A stretch of 62,994 bases of DNA, the filler included, from Sphacelaria rigidula (Eukaryota): assembly GCA_964200075.2 (NCBI GenBank). It is 4 parts of 4 records of this genome, joined end to end, with 100 filler letters (N's around TTAATTAATTAA, not from the genome) between each part and the next. Parts side by side here need not be neighbours in the genome. Positions count along the whole stretch, not along the records: positions 31,550 to 47,222 come from CAXNAA020001652.1; positions 47,323 to 62,994 come from CAXNAA020001653.1; 2 more parts are not named here. One strand, written 5' to 3'. Positions 36,401-49,150 of this stretch are shown in pieces (positions within the stretch are counted from its first letter, which is position 1; every line of letters begins with the position of its first letter). The notes under the pieces are model-generated. The model was not told where the DNA came from. It ran no database searches and saw only the letters and a list, made by a program, of their open reading frames with translations. Both the position numbers and the translations under genes were made by a program.

Positions 36401-39400
36401 TTTTGGGCACACTTTAAACCCCTCCCCTTTCTCGAGACGAGTCCACGCTACCTCTCAAGGGTATCAAGAGACCAACTCATATTTCTCCCGGTACGAGCCT
36501 TCTTGTATTTCAGCATCGTGGATTGGATCATGACCATCAGCACTTCTGCACCACGTCGTGGTCGACCTCCGTAAAAAAAAGCATGAAGTACGAATGACAC
36601 ATTGTCACGTTGTTTATCGGCGGAAATCGAGTACTCCTAAAATGGCAAACACAATCGCATATGCCGGAATTTCGAATCCGCGTTCTCCCGCCCTGGCAGG
36701 TTTCTGTAGTGCCATGTTAATAAAACCACCGGGGCGCGGCGGTGATGAGCCATACTACAATCGGAGGAGGAGGGTATTCATTTGTTGCCTGCATTAGCCA
36801 TTTGACCGTTGACCGCGCATCCCTTTCGGGGTGGAGCGGTAGGGAGCTGGGGAGGTTATTTTTAGTCGTTTCTTCCACGAGGTTCCATTTTTGAATCGTC
36901 ATTGAAAGCAGCAACGGCTGTTCGAACGCGCTTGTTACCGAAGAATAACGCTCACTCATACTGCTTGACACCGTTTTCACCCACATACAAGTGCTCTGCG
37001 AGTGTATGAGGTCGTTCGACACACAAATGCGCTCTTTTTTTCCCGTTCAATCGAACACCTCCCCCATGGTCAATGGTCAAACGACTAAGACAAGCAACAA
37101 ATGAGTACCCCCCCCCCCACGCCCCCCCCCGCAAGCCTGGTCCGGCGAAAACCCGGCGTGCTCCGTCCCGGCATTGTAGGGATGCGAGGTCAATGGTCTC
37201 ATGACTATGGCATGCATGATCATGAGTACACCCCCTCCCGCCCCCCCCGTATCATAGGATCACCCTGATGTAGATGTCAACGTGCGTTCTTCATCTGACC
37301 TCGTGTCTCAGGCCAAGTTTTCCATATAAAGATGATCAGGGCTTATTTTTATATTATGCCCTTTCTTTTTCACATGGAGGAACTCTTGTGTAGAGAATAT
37401 GTGTGCGTAGTCAAATACAAGTGATTATAAAGCACACATATATGCTGGGGTTTTTTTCCCCCCACATTTTTGTTGTTGGTCTGGTCTTCATTTTCTCAGT
37501 TTGTTCCTTCCTTTTGTTTGTCTGTCTTTTTCACTTTTTCCTCTGTCTCTCTTACACGAGCGTCTCCGATTTGTTCACCTTGCGTACGCACGTCTTTTTT
37601 GTGGATAATGACCAACACGGGGGTCCCTCGCAGGTCCCTTAATGTGTCACAATCAATCAACCAATCAGTCAGATCAATCAGACCAGATCAATCTCCATGT
37701 TGAGGTACGTGGAGGTATGTACTAGTGTGAAATAGCTTGTTATTGTGTTTGCACCCTCCTTTCCTGTCCACCTTCTCCGATTATCTGAGTTGTCTTGGCG
37801 GATGCTGCCGTCTGTGCAAACCTTGGGGTAAAATACATATACCTTGATAACAACCGCTGAGGTCGGAGCGGAACAGTGAAATATGCGACAGCCAATCGAC
37901 CAATCGATCATTCATTCATTCAATCAATCAATCAATTTCGCGTCTTGTGGACACGCAAAAAATGTGTTCGCAACCGTCTCGCAAAAATCGGGACACCCTA
38001 GTTTGCTTGCGACGTACAATACAAGAGACATATCGCATTTTCCAGAACGACTGGTCGACAAAAACTTGTCGACAAAGACGATCTCGATTCGGGGTTCGGC
38101 TCGCTCGTCAGTCAGTGTCCAGCTACCTTCTCGATGATATGTCGGTAGGCTTGCTTGTGATCCACGCCAAGCATAGCCGGATCGTATGCCCACATGCGCC
38201 CACGGTTCCGCTCGATAAAGGCACGCAAAAACGCCTCCTTGCAGGTTGAGGGCCAATATCGATTGGGCGGCAGACCGCCGTCGTCCTTGCCTCGCTTCCT
38301 GCTTGACACGCTGTTTTTCGAAGCCCTGCACAACGTCGATCGTACGGGTTTTTTGGATCGAAAGTGATTTCGCCGCATTTGCAGGGAAAGGGCGCTACTT
38401 TCCTTCTTGATGGACAGCGAGGATCGAAAATGTCAAGAGAAGCTATATCGTAGTACGCGTCTTTCCTCCCCAGGTATATACAATCAAAGAAAGATGATAA
38501 CGTCAAGCGACAGCAGAATCCAATAACGGGCATTACTAACAGGTATATATATATGATTCCCCCCAAAATCTCTGAATGTTTCGGAGAGAAAAAACTCCGA
38601 AAAATGTGAGAGGAGACGTCTTAACGAGGTCAGGCAATATACCGGTTTATTACTGACTGCAGATTTCTCCAAAAATCTAGAGTCGGGTATTCTTTTACAG
38701 TGACTTTCTTTGGGAGAATCCAGCGAAAAGACCCATTTTTTCGGGGAAAAAAAAGTCTGAAAAAAATGCCCTATGTTTTTCAGACCCCATTACAGTGTTT
38801 TGTCATCAAGCGGATTGTTGAGTGTTTGTGTCACATTACCGCACAGAACAAACGCAAGCGCGGCGTTCGACAGTTTTCTGGTGTTACTGGCACACTATTT
38901 CGCAAGGAAACCACCGATCTTCCCTTCTTCGCAATACATCGCATGGAGGTTCATGAAAAGAAGTGAAGGTGTGCACGGCAAGACAACTTGCATAGCTAAA
39001 TCGACCGGCTATTGACGGGCCAGACGATCAGAGGAAGCATTATCCCCTCCTGGGTGTTTGGATCGTGCTCGCGCATATGTGAATGGAATCTGCTTCGATT
39101 TTTCACATGGGTGTTCGTTCTACAGTACTTACTGTACGGCGCGACATTCGTGCGGTATCGTCTTCGGAGAGAGACAAGGGACCCACAAGATATCAGATAT
39201 ACTTCATTTTTGACAAGTTTGCGAGGGCAGGTCGAGTAGAGTATACTGAATACTCAGTATTTTCGAAGAGTCAACACTCAGTATTTTCGAGTAGAGTATA
39301 CTCAATACTCAGTATTTGAGGTCGTACTCGATCTACCCAAAATTGGAGTGGAGTATTGGAAGCCGTGCTCAACCTACTCAAAATTTGAGTAGAGTATTTG

Positions 39401-40773
39401 AGGCTGTACTCAACCTACTCAAGATTTGAGTAAAGGATTTTGAGGCCGTACTCAACCTACTCAAAATTTGAGTAGGGTATTAAGGTCATACCCGTGTGAT
39501 AGTCTTTCCTCAAGTATTACTGAGAGTGCATACTCAATGTTTGAGTAGAATATTAGAGGTCACACTCGATCTACTCAAAAATTGAGAAGAGTATTTGAAG
39601 CCGTACTCGACCTGCTCAAAAATTGAGTAGACTATTTGAGGTCATACTCAGTGTACTCGAAAGTTGGGTAGAGTGTTTGAGGCCGGACCCGACCTACTCA
39701 AACATTGAGGAGAGTATTTGAGGACGTACTTGATCTACTCAATAATTGAGTAGAGTATTCGAGTTTTTTACTCGACCTACTCAAAAATTGAGTAGAGTAT
39801 TTGAGGTCATACTCAGTCTACCCGAAGGGGCTGGACCCGATGTCCCACCGCTGACTTTCCCATGGAGGAGTCACATGTGCATACCCTGGACAATAGAATG
39901 CACGGTCGAAAAACGTACTGCGTACAGTACGGAATCTTTTATCTATTGCATCATAGATAAAAGATTCCATACTGTACGCAGTACGTTTTTCGACCGTGTA
40001 TTCTATTGTCCAGGGTATGCACATGTGCGGCCAGTAGAGTCGCTCATTTTGATAATACCGACCGAATAATCCGTCTACTCGATTACTCAATGATGACGAT
40101 AGCGCTCTGTACTGAAAGTGATATCGAAGGGGTTGAGAGGTATCAAGTATGTACTGCCATGGGTGGGAGCAGGAAAGCTGGGGCAGGTAGGTTCATTCAC
40201 CTGCACGCTTATTTTGTATTTTGATGGCCATCATTTGCTTATACTCATTGTAGCCCGTGACGTACCGCCACTCATCTAATTAATGACCATCGTTGACCCA
40301 TGTATTCAACATAGCCTGTGAGGTGATGTCACAAAGTCGCCAACGGTCACGGTTGCTTATCAAACCCAAGTGATATATTCTGTACTCCAAGTATTACTGA
40401 GAGTGCTTACTCAATACTTGAGTACAGCATTTGAGGCCGTACTCGATCTACGAAAAAATTGAGTAGAGTAGTTGAGGCCGTACTCAATCTACTCAAAAAT
40501 TGATTAGAGTGTTTGAGACCGTACTCGACCTGCGCAAAATTTGAGCAAAGTATTTGAGGCCGTACTTGACCTACTCAAAATTTGAGTAGAGTTAATACTC
40601 GGGTATTTCAGTCGAGTACTCAAAAGTACATACTCTGCTCGACCTGCCCTTGCAAGTTTGCACTCAGTTGTTTATGCGATTCGAAGCTTTTAGATGGAAC
40701 AATGGTTATATCTAGGCTGCAGATCTGCTCGACTGCTGTGGCGTGCCGCACTGTGGAGGGACGGTGTACGACA

Positions 40774-40812
<39 letters not shown>

Positions 40813-43800
40813 TATAAAACAGTACCCGAGGGTGCACCATTACGTTCGATCCACCGCCAAACGTTTCCGTTACTAAATATATACAGTCACGTTGCTTTTT
40901 GTCGCATGAGTACTACGCCATTCGGACCATCCTTTATCTTTGAAAGGGAGCACGGCAGCAGTGCATGCTGCGCCGGCCATCCGCGTGCGATGAATACCAG
41001 TATCAGCGGCTGTTTTGCTGACCGTGGAATGTTGCACCGAAAAAGGACTGGACTGGACTCCAGTACAGTTCGGTACGGTACAGCGTAGCACCGAGAACAG
41101 CCCGTAAAGAACAGTACAATACATAATACAGGCCAAGGCATCAGTTTTTCAAGTATTGCTGCATATAGATACTAGACGCCAACAAGTCTGCGACATCCCT
41201 CGCTCACGGCATCGCAGACCTCTTCCTGGGCGGTCTCTCCCGCTACCCACAGCACAACTGTGCCACTGCGTTCTCTCGTGCTGTGCAGCACTGAATATGG
41301 GAATCTTAATTCCCGGTGCAGTAATAATGAGGGTGGATATGCCCCGTCAAGGGTCAGCGCCAGACTCCTCCCCCTCCCTGTCAAACAATGATTAAATGAT
41401 GAAGGCCAGCAACAAATGAGTACGCCCCCCGCACGTTCAGACAATGTCGATCACCATGCGCATGGACAAATGTACGACTAGCGCCCTTCATGTACATAAT
41501 GATATAATGCTGTATTAACTGTTCACGAAATGATACCCAGGACGCTGTACTGTCTGCACATGGATCAGCGTGTCGTTGGCATAATATGGAGGCGTCTTCG
41601 ACTTTGTTTGGGCAAGATGAATTGGATTGGCGGTACTTCAAGTCTGCTTGATTCCTATGCAAGTAGATTTGCTTCGAAATCTGAAATTAGAACTACTCCT
41701 GTAGCTGCGGGAGCGGTTTGGGGGGTGCGTCTTGGCTTTTTGGCGGGTCTTAACAGAGCGTTTTGGACTGTTTAAATGTCGCTACGCGTTTCCGGGTGGA
41801 AATTTCATGTTTCTTGCGGAATATTGTTGTAAACGATCATTAAAGCAAGTGAGAATCTTAGGAATCCAATCGTGGCTCTCAGTCCCTGAAAAATATATCT
41901 TCCGGCAAGGAACGTTTGGCGTCTGCATGTTGGTATCTCGCGCGAAGTGCTGTTCATAACGATCAGCGCGGAGATTCAGTCAGGCACATTTGGATAACTT
42001 CAATAGTACGCATCCACTTCTTTACAGCCAATCTGCTTCACCCATATCGTTGGTGCGTGCTGCACAGCACAGCACCGTACTTTGCTACGTTAGCAATACT
42101 ACCGCTGTCTTGCCTGAAATATTATGGTGATAATCCTCCGACTTCGCTTGTTCGTTACGAGCGCCACCTAGCATCTCATTCTAGCGTTCGTTTCCGATCT
42201 TGCGGATCACTGTCTTTTACCGCGCACCGTGGCGGCTGTATGACCAGGCACCACCTCCGTGTGCAAGTCAATATTATGCCGTGTACATGCATCTCGCACC
42301 ATGGGCGAGGGGTGCGCACCAAATCTGTACAAGCAGTAGCAATTCAAGGGCTAGTGTCTCGACTGTCATTGTGTGATGCATCGTACCGTCTGCTATGCAT
42401 GCTGAGCGGTGCCGTGTCGTGTTGTTGTGCAGTTCAGTGTCGCTGCAGGATCCTGAACGCATCAACACGGTCGCTGATGGTCGGATTCATTGCACACGGT
42501 CAAGCGGCGTGGCACGCACGGCTGCCCAGCTTTTTTGCAAACGCAGTGGTTGGTTGACCCAGACGGCGCAATATCAGCCCAGTAGCTATATCTGGGCTGC
42601 GGGTCCGATCAACTGCTATGGTGTTTTGCATTAGGGAACGACGGTGTACGGTAGCAACAGCTGCAGCAGCAGTACAACGCACTTGCTCGTTCAAATGCGA
42701 TCAGTTTCCTGCACACGATGGGGTTGCATGCATGTCGTTACATCATTCCCGCTTTGAGAGCAAAAACAACAACATCCATGTTCCAACACTTAGTGCCGTC
42801 GTCACAGTGGATGCGAATGGTCTGTGAAGTTCGCTTCGGATGAGTATACACATAGCAAACATACCTGCAAAAATATATTTCTGCGGCGAAATCGACTTTC
42901 AACGGGGGGCTGGCGTATTGTGCCACCTAGAGAAGACTTGCTCTACTCTTCGAGAGGATTATCGCGGATGTTCGACTTCTAGCCGGGCTAACGTGACGGT
43001 CTCTCATAGAACTCAAAATATGTCTTTTTTTCTGTAAGTCTTGTACGCTTATATATATATATATACTTCCTCTGTCTCATAAGTCTGTGCCGTTATGGAC
43101 GCTTGGTCGTTTGGGTATCTCAACGCTGACGATCATCCTACAGTTGGGTTCGTTAGAGAAATAACGCACAGACGAAGCTGACTCAGGAAAATAAAATAAA
43201 AAAAAAACTTGTTTTCAACACTAAAATCAGGTCGAAATATACCCCATTCTGGCCCTTTTTGGTCCACGTACACCTCAATGTTGACCGATTTTGAACGTTT
43301 TTACGTCGAGTACTAGGGATTACACGCTGAATATTTGGTAGATGGGGCGTGCGTAGGTTCACGTCACGGAGATATCCAAATCAGTGGTGGTTTTGCGGTT
43401 TCCACATGTTTTTCACGATTTTTCGCGATTCTCGGGTCTGTTATGCTTTACTGGGGAAAAAAGCGAAAAATAGCCATATTTTGACCGACCCATTTTTTCT
43501 CGGTCGCGAGGCTGCACGGGTCAAGCACCCACGTTGCAGAACGAGTATTGTTTGTAGCTCAAAAAACGCCAACGAATGCAACCAAAAAATCGAAACTCAA
43601 ATCGGAGATCGTTAAGGACTCATACAAACATAACGGCACAGACTTATATGACAGAGGAAGTATATATTGGGAGAACTCGAAGGAATCTTTAAGCTGTACG
43701 AGAATTGGTAGCCCAACCGAAGGCCAAACCGGGTATTCAGCAGATCGGCAAAGTTTGCCTCAATCTTCTCGGAGATCACAGCAAGTCTGCCTGAGGTGGC

Positions 43801-45881
43801 ACCATCCGCTTGGCCCCTTCTAGTGTCCAAATCGTCGCCAAAAAAGCACTTCCAGGCACATTCTTCAAGGCACTAAACAGCGGCCTAGTCACTCATCAGA
43901 GAGATTCACGCCCCCAGCGACCACGGTTGAGCCTCCAGCAACAGCCCTTTCAAATCTGAATGGAGCAGTCTTTGACGGAAATCCGCTCAGCGTTGGATCA
44001 AGGGTGCCGGGAGGGTGTAGTTTTACAGGCGAAAATCTGCCGATACCGTTGCTTACTCTTCATGTAGGTATTTCCGGCGCGCGTTTGGCACAAGTAGTCA
44101 TTCCTCATTCAATTTCAAACAGATTTAGCCAAAGCCAAGCAGAGCGTACTGGGCCGATCAACACCTGTGGCTTGATCGGTGTGAAATTGGGCTGTGCAGC
44201 TCATGTGTAGCTGTGGTGGGTAGGCTGTGTGTTTTACCCTTGCATGCGACGCTGTGGTTGTAACATTTAGATATCCCTTCAAGCATCATGATCGCATCTT
44301 CGCGGGAATCTATCTGAAAAGCCCCGATAAGTTTTTCAAATCCGTCTGCACAAAACATTTTTTTTTTTATCATTCTTAGAAGACAGCATTGCACCGACCA
44401 AATCGCAGGGCGTGAATAGCTGACCGATCATCTGAAAATGTAGCTTTCTGTAACAGAAAAAAGGTGGGCTAAATTTTTATGACGAGTGTCGACGCAGTGC
44501 GGGAATGCTGATCCAATCTGAGAGACCGAAGTAAAAGGCGTGTACGGGGGGAAGGGTGGGTTGATCCCTTGGGACCACGGACTCGTCCCGGGCACGGGGA
44601 GGGGTTGGAATTGTGGCAAAAAAGAAAATAATAGTGAGACCCGGCCTACGGTCGCGCCTTACGATCCGAAAAAACTAATATGTTGTAAGAGTATCCTTTC
44701 AGCTCTACCCAAATATTTTCATTCCGACAGAGGGCTAACATATCCCGATACCTCACAATGACGTGATTTTCCTTTCGAGAGGGTTCTGGGATACCTTGGC
44801 CTTTTCGGTGTGCTCAACTTCTCTGCTTACACCGTCAAGGTACAGAGAAACCCCGATCTTAAGCGATACATTTGCGCGCATTCGGTAGTTTTCGGTGGCT
44901 AATGCGAAAAATCGGTCATCCGACTTTTGTAAGTAACTCGACAGCGAAGACGGAAATCCGTTACCCTTGAGGTGCAGGGGTAATCATGGTCTCACTCCAG
45001 CCAGAACGAGTCGCCCTTCTCTGCCGATCTCCCTCCTCCGGCGCCCAACCAATGTTGCCACCCGCACTCAGCACCCTCCTTGTTCTGCTGTTCATCCCAC
45101 CGCGTGTTCCCCGTGGCATACTTGCGTGCCCGCCCCGATGATCCGGCATGCAGCCGCCACCACCATCAATACCATAATTTCGCTCTCTTTCCCCTCCTGA
45201 GGTTGATGGCCGTACCGGTGCTCCCACAAGCTCGGGATCGGTAGTGATGATGACGGGTTTATTTCCTCTCACTCCCACTCTGCTATGCCTATCCTTCAAG
45301 GATTGCGCTATGGGTGGAGGCTCTCTCCGGCGCAGGAAGTGTGATGCTGTTGGTCTCCTGCTGTCGTCGAACCGTTCTCGCTCTAACGCTGCCTTCACGT
45401 CACTCGACGCACGGCTACTTCCCCGAGCAACGCCCGAGACTGCGCAGGCATCTATCCCTCGGCTGCTTGCTGTCCTCTGTCGTTGGTATGAAATAGATAC
45501 GTCCGCTGTATCTGGGCGTGCGACAGAAGCCGCCGGGACGGCACCATCATCTGACTCACCCCCGCTTTTAACCCTCCAGTCCCGCGCATAACTACTGCGG
45601 GTAGGGTTAGTGTCCCCGTTTGTCCTCCATCTGGATAGCATTACAGCTCGACCGGGTGAGGCCACCGGCGAGAGTATCTTGCAGATTTTCCTCGAGGACG
45701 CCATCACGGGCGTGGTGGTGTTGATGGAGAGAGGGTGTGGCGATCGAAACCATCCCATGGCCGCCGCGATCGAATTTTGGGCACTGATCTCCACATTACC
45801 GTAGCCATTTGTCGGTGTTGGCCTAGAAAACTCGGGGTTTGTTGCGGGCTGTGCAACTACAGAGCTAGTGTAGTGTGTCAT
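31889..45881 (-). CDS. Probable multi-exon hypothetical protein gene (candidate exons 45881-44965, 38298-38127, 36107-35954, and others near 34150-34020, 33760-33603, 33328-33183, 32280-31889)
   Basis: The 401-aa ORF ends at an AGG|GTAAC donor. Several GC-rich open segments have AG/GT boundaries, and one phase-0 join reads RHIIEK|FGKPEG. No recognisable domain; the exon set is uncertain. Confidence 0.4.
32679..33062 (-). mobile_element. Retroposon (LINE/SINE) 3' remnant with (AATC)n tail
   Basis: Minus strand: T-rich tract, then CCTGGGGGGTCGGTTAAAGTGCGACAATCAATCAATC; related ends at ~35256-35470 (-) and ~37440-37695 (+). Confidence 0.55.
33456..33491. repeat. (GT)n microsatellite
   Basis: Seen directly. 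Confidence 0.9.
39222..40652. mobile_element. Non-autonomous hAT-like element with an internal ~41-bp repeat array
   Basis: 8-bp TSD CAAGTTTG (39214-39221 / 40653-40660); TIR C(G/A)AGGGCAGGTCGAG(T/C)AGAGTA; units like TTGAGTAGAGTATTTGAGGCCGTACTCAACCTACTCAAAA. Confidence 0.85.
39872..40027. repeat. 156-bp near-perfect palindrome (75-bp arms, 6-nt loop, 2 mismatches)
   Basis: CACATGTGCATACCCTGGACAATAGAAT...TTTTATCTAT-TGCATC-ATAGATAAAA...ATTCTATTGTCCAGGGTATGCACATGTG. Confidence 0.95.
43066..43660. mobile_element. Stowaway/mariner-like MITE inserted in a (TA)n run
   Basis: TA|CTTCCTCTGTCTCATAAGTCTGTGCCGTTATG ... CATAACGGCACAGACTTATATGACAGAGGAAG|TA. Confidence 0.88.
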
Positions 45882-47222
45882 CGTAGTTCCATGCCTCCTC
45901 AACCTCCTTCTGCTGCTGCTGCTGCGGCTGCTGCTGCGGCTGCTGCTACTACTGATGCTGCTGCTTCTGCTTCTACTGCTATATTTCTCTGGCGAAAATG
46001 GATCGTTTTTAACGGTTTGTGCTGGTGTCTTGCCCTCGTCTATATTTTGGTACGCGTGCACGTCGGCTGTGTAGTCTGTTCCGCGGCGATGCCTTGCGGC
46101 GGAATACAGGCGAACCGGAAGAAGCCAACCATTTTTTGTTCCTTTTCGATAATAATTCCCCCGCATGTTGCATGCGGTTTTTCACTTCAATACAGGTTTA
46201 CGATTTTTGCCCCACAACACGTGTACTCTTCCATCACACGGAGGGTCCGCTGATACCTGAGCATGAGCATAGCATTCCTTGTTCCTTTTCGCGAAGACAA
46301 TACCTCCGCATTTGCCTTTGTGTTCAGTTTGAAAAATTTGATTCACTACCGAACATGCACGCATCCATCGTCGGCATCTCATTGGCGATACATGAACGAT
46401 CCGAGCGTGCGCTTAGAGGTCGCGCGGATCAAAGCCAACAGCGGGAATCTTCCAGTGGTGAGGAGTGAAAGGTAACGTGTAGATCAGTTCTGCGGCCGGG
46501 CCTATGAAATCGAGACCTAGAGTCCGTGGGGGTGCGGGTAGCATATCTATGGTTTGACGTTTGCGAAATGTCCCTTCGCACTGTATATGCTGAGGCGGGC
46601 CTATGTAGACCGCGAGAAACTCACGGACAGTCTTGCGTTACCATTTGCGTTCGGTTGCTCATTTGCTTTTATTCGCCGCGGCTCAAACCAGACAGATGCC
46701 GGGTCTATTGGTAGCTTTTCCCAAGAGCTTCGTTCTGGCGCAGTCTGCGTTTGGATTCATATATTGTACCAGCACGACGTCTGAACATTTTGTTTGGTTT
46801 GCGAACGACGCCATGTCTTTTCGAAGCACGATTTTTTTTGTGTCAGTGGCTCTAACCCGACTCACGCCTGTAGCAGTATAGTTGATCCATTCATCCTCGC
46901 TTCGTCCCGGTGCGCGTCGTATGTAAATATAACATTGTACTTTACGCAGCAACCTTTTCCGCATCCTCCAGAGCTGGCAGGCAACAGCAACACACCAATC
47001 AGAACACGGTTGAAGCTCATTCAGGCCTACATTACCTCTCTCGAGTGAGTCTCGATCCGACCTACAGTGTGTGTGTTGTCGTCCTATCTATTCTGGACGC
47101 CGGTCTACAGGTTTCGGTATGTGTGGGCGCACCAGCCGGGGTCACACAGGAGGAAGGCCAACACAGGAGTTTTCTCTTTTTTGTTTGGTTTTAGTACCCC
47201 GCCTTCCCTCTGCGGTGCTTGC

Positions 47223-47322
47223 NNNNNNNNNNNNNNNNNNNNNNNNNNNNNNNNNNNNNNNNNNNNTTAATTAATTAANNNNNNNNNNNNNNNNNNNNNN
47301 NNNNNNNNNNNNNNNNNNNNNN
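47223..47322. other. Artificial contig spacer
   Basis: N44-TTAATTAATTAA-N44. Confidence 0.98.
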
Positions 47323-48499
47323 AAGACGGTTGCTACGCTATTACTGCTGTTGCTGTTGTTACTACTGCTGTCGACGACGATGTCTTTTCTACACCTCAAG
47401 TGTGTGCGTGCAGGTTCGCAGTATGTACCATTTGACTGGTTAATGAGTGCGCTACGCGTAACTATTCAACTGGTTAATGCTTAGGCAAACCATTTCCGAG
47501 CTCTAATAATTTGGATACGTTAACGGATTAGTTCGAACTCGAATCGTTGTACTGAGATGGCCAATCACGACAGTGCCGTTCAAGAACTGAAGGAGCTTCT
47601 CGAGGCGTAGGCAAGGACCAAGGCTGTTGTGCATGGAAGCTTGTCGGGAGGGTAATGCGATATATGTGATGTGACTGCAGGACGTAGCCATGATCTTGGG
47701 CGAAGGTGACATTGAATGATGGACAGTTTCATATTCAAATAGCGGAAAAGTGGCTGCCCCTTGGGTTGACACTCTACGGAGAGCATGTATTTGAATTCGA
47801 AAAAAAAAGGTAGTGACCCAACCATGGCATGTATTGAAGAGCTCGGCTCTTGGAGTTTATGGTATGACCTCAGTTTATGATGACTATGGGGCGGGGAAAC
47901 ACGTTTGAACTGTAATCAGTTCCCACGAGCGTCACTCTCTTCTCATTTCCGGTTTTTGGCTGCAATTCGACAGTTTCCCCATTGGAGTATCTACAAACCG
48001 CGAGAAAGTGAGTCCCACAGATAAAAGCAGTAGTCCGGCTGCTGTTTTGTCTGGTGTGTTTTATTGATTGAGGCTTCGGCTTGTTTCGGTTTGTGTTGTA
48101 TTTGCCTGTTCTGTAGATGAAGCTTGGATGCGATCAATTGCGTGAAAAAACGGTGTTACTGTTGTCTGTATTTGCTTGTTGTCTCCTTGTGTGAAATACA
48201 CGAGAGCGACTGTGGTCAGCCCGCGCTGCTGAGCTGAGTAAACAAACATCGTACACAGAGGTCTGAACCTGGAATCAATCGTGGTGAGCACCATCACACC
48301 CTTCTCAAGGTGCCTTAGCCTTATCACATCACAGTAATGCAGGCGGACGAGCAGTGGGGTCCGTCGGTGGAGACCAGTCGTCATATCCTGATGATGCTGG
48401 GGCCGGGGAGCGAGCAGGGTCTGCTTCCGGTCATGCGCGTGAAGTCATCATCGATAGCCTGCTGCCAGCTATCGGTGAGGTTGGAACTGCAGGACGTAG

Positions 48500-49150
48500 C
48501 ATTCTTGCGATAGGATATAGGGAAAAATACAGCATCAAAACTGCTCTCCCCAAGCTAGCGAGTAGCTTTGATTTCTCGTTGTGGAAGAGGCGCTTCGAGG
48601 ACTTTGCCGTATCGAATGATTGTATGCAGGCAGTGACTTCATATGTTGACATGCCGGTGGGCGATCCCCCTGATACCTCCCGATTTTTTCTTGATCAAGG
48701 TGTAAGTGAAACACGCAGAAGACGAGCACGTAGTGCTTGGACGTGCTGACAGAGAGGACTACAGACCGTGAATTGTTAAGTAGGGCGTTTGACATCAACT
48801 CCCATAGTGCAGGTTGGCGTTTGTTATGTAATTGGTTCTTGCCGAGAACCCTCTCTGGAAAGTTGAAGCGGAAACGCCTGTTCAACGAATTACAGATGAC
48901 CCGATGAAGTCTTCCGCACACGTAGACAAAGTTATGGCTAAAATAGGATAGTTAGGGGTACATATGCCGGTAGAGGACGTTGATGTCAAGATAGTATAGG
49001 TACTCACGACCGATTACGAGTGTGAGCAGAGTACGATCTTGTGCAGAGATATCATTACCCGAGGGGAGATAGAGGCTATCGTATGACAAAGATACGTGTT
49101 TATGTCTAGGGTAAGCTCTCGTGACGAGCAAGCCCACCAGCCGAGATCGC
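48500..49150 (+). mobile_element. Degenerate Ty1/Copia-like gag remnant
   Basis: LPKLASSFDFSLWKRRFEDFAVSNDCMQA...RRARSAWTC resembles Copia gag N-termini; frame broken downstream. Confidence 0.5.

Noticed and set aside
39310..40600. CRISPR-like array of palindromic repeats
   Set aside because: Units are contiguous with no unique spacers, are degenerate, lie inside TIR/TSD boundaries, and there are no cas genes; the context is eukaryotic.
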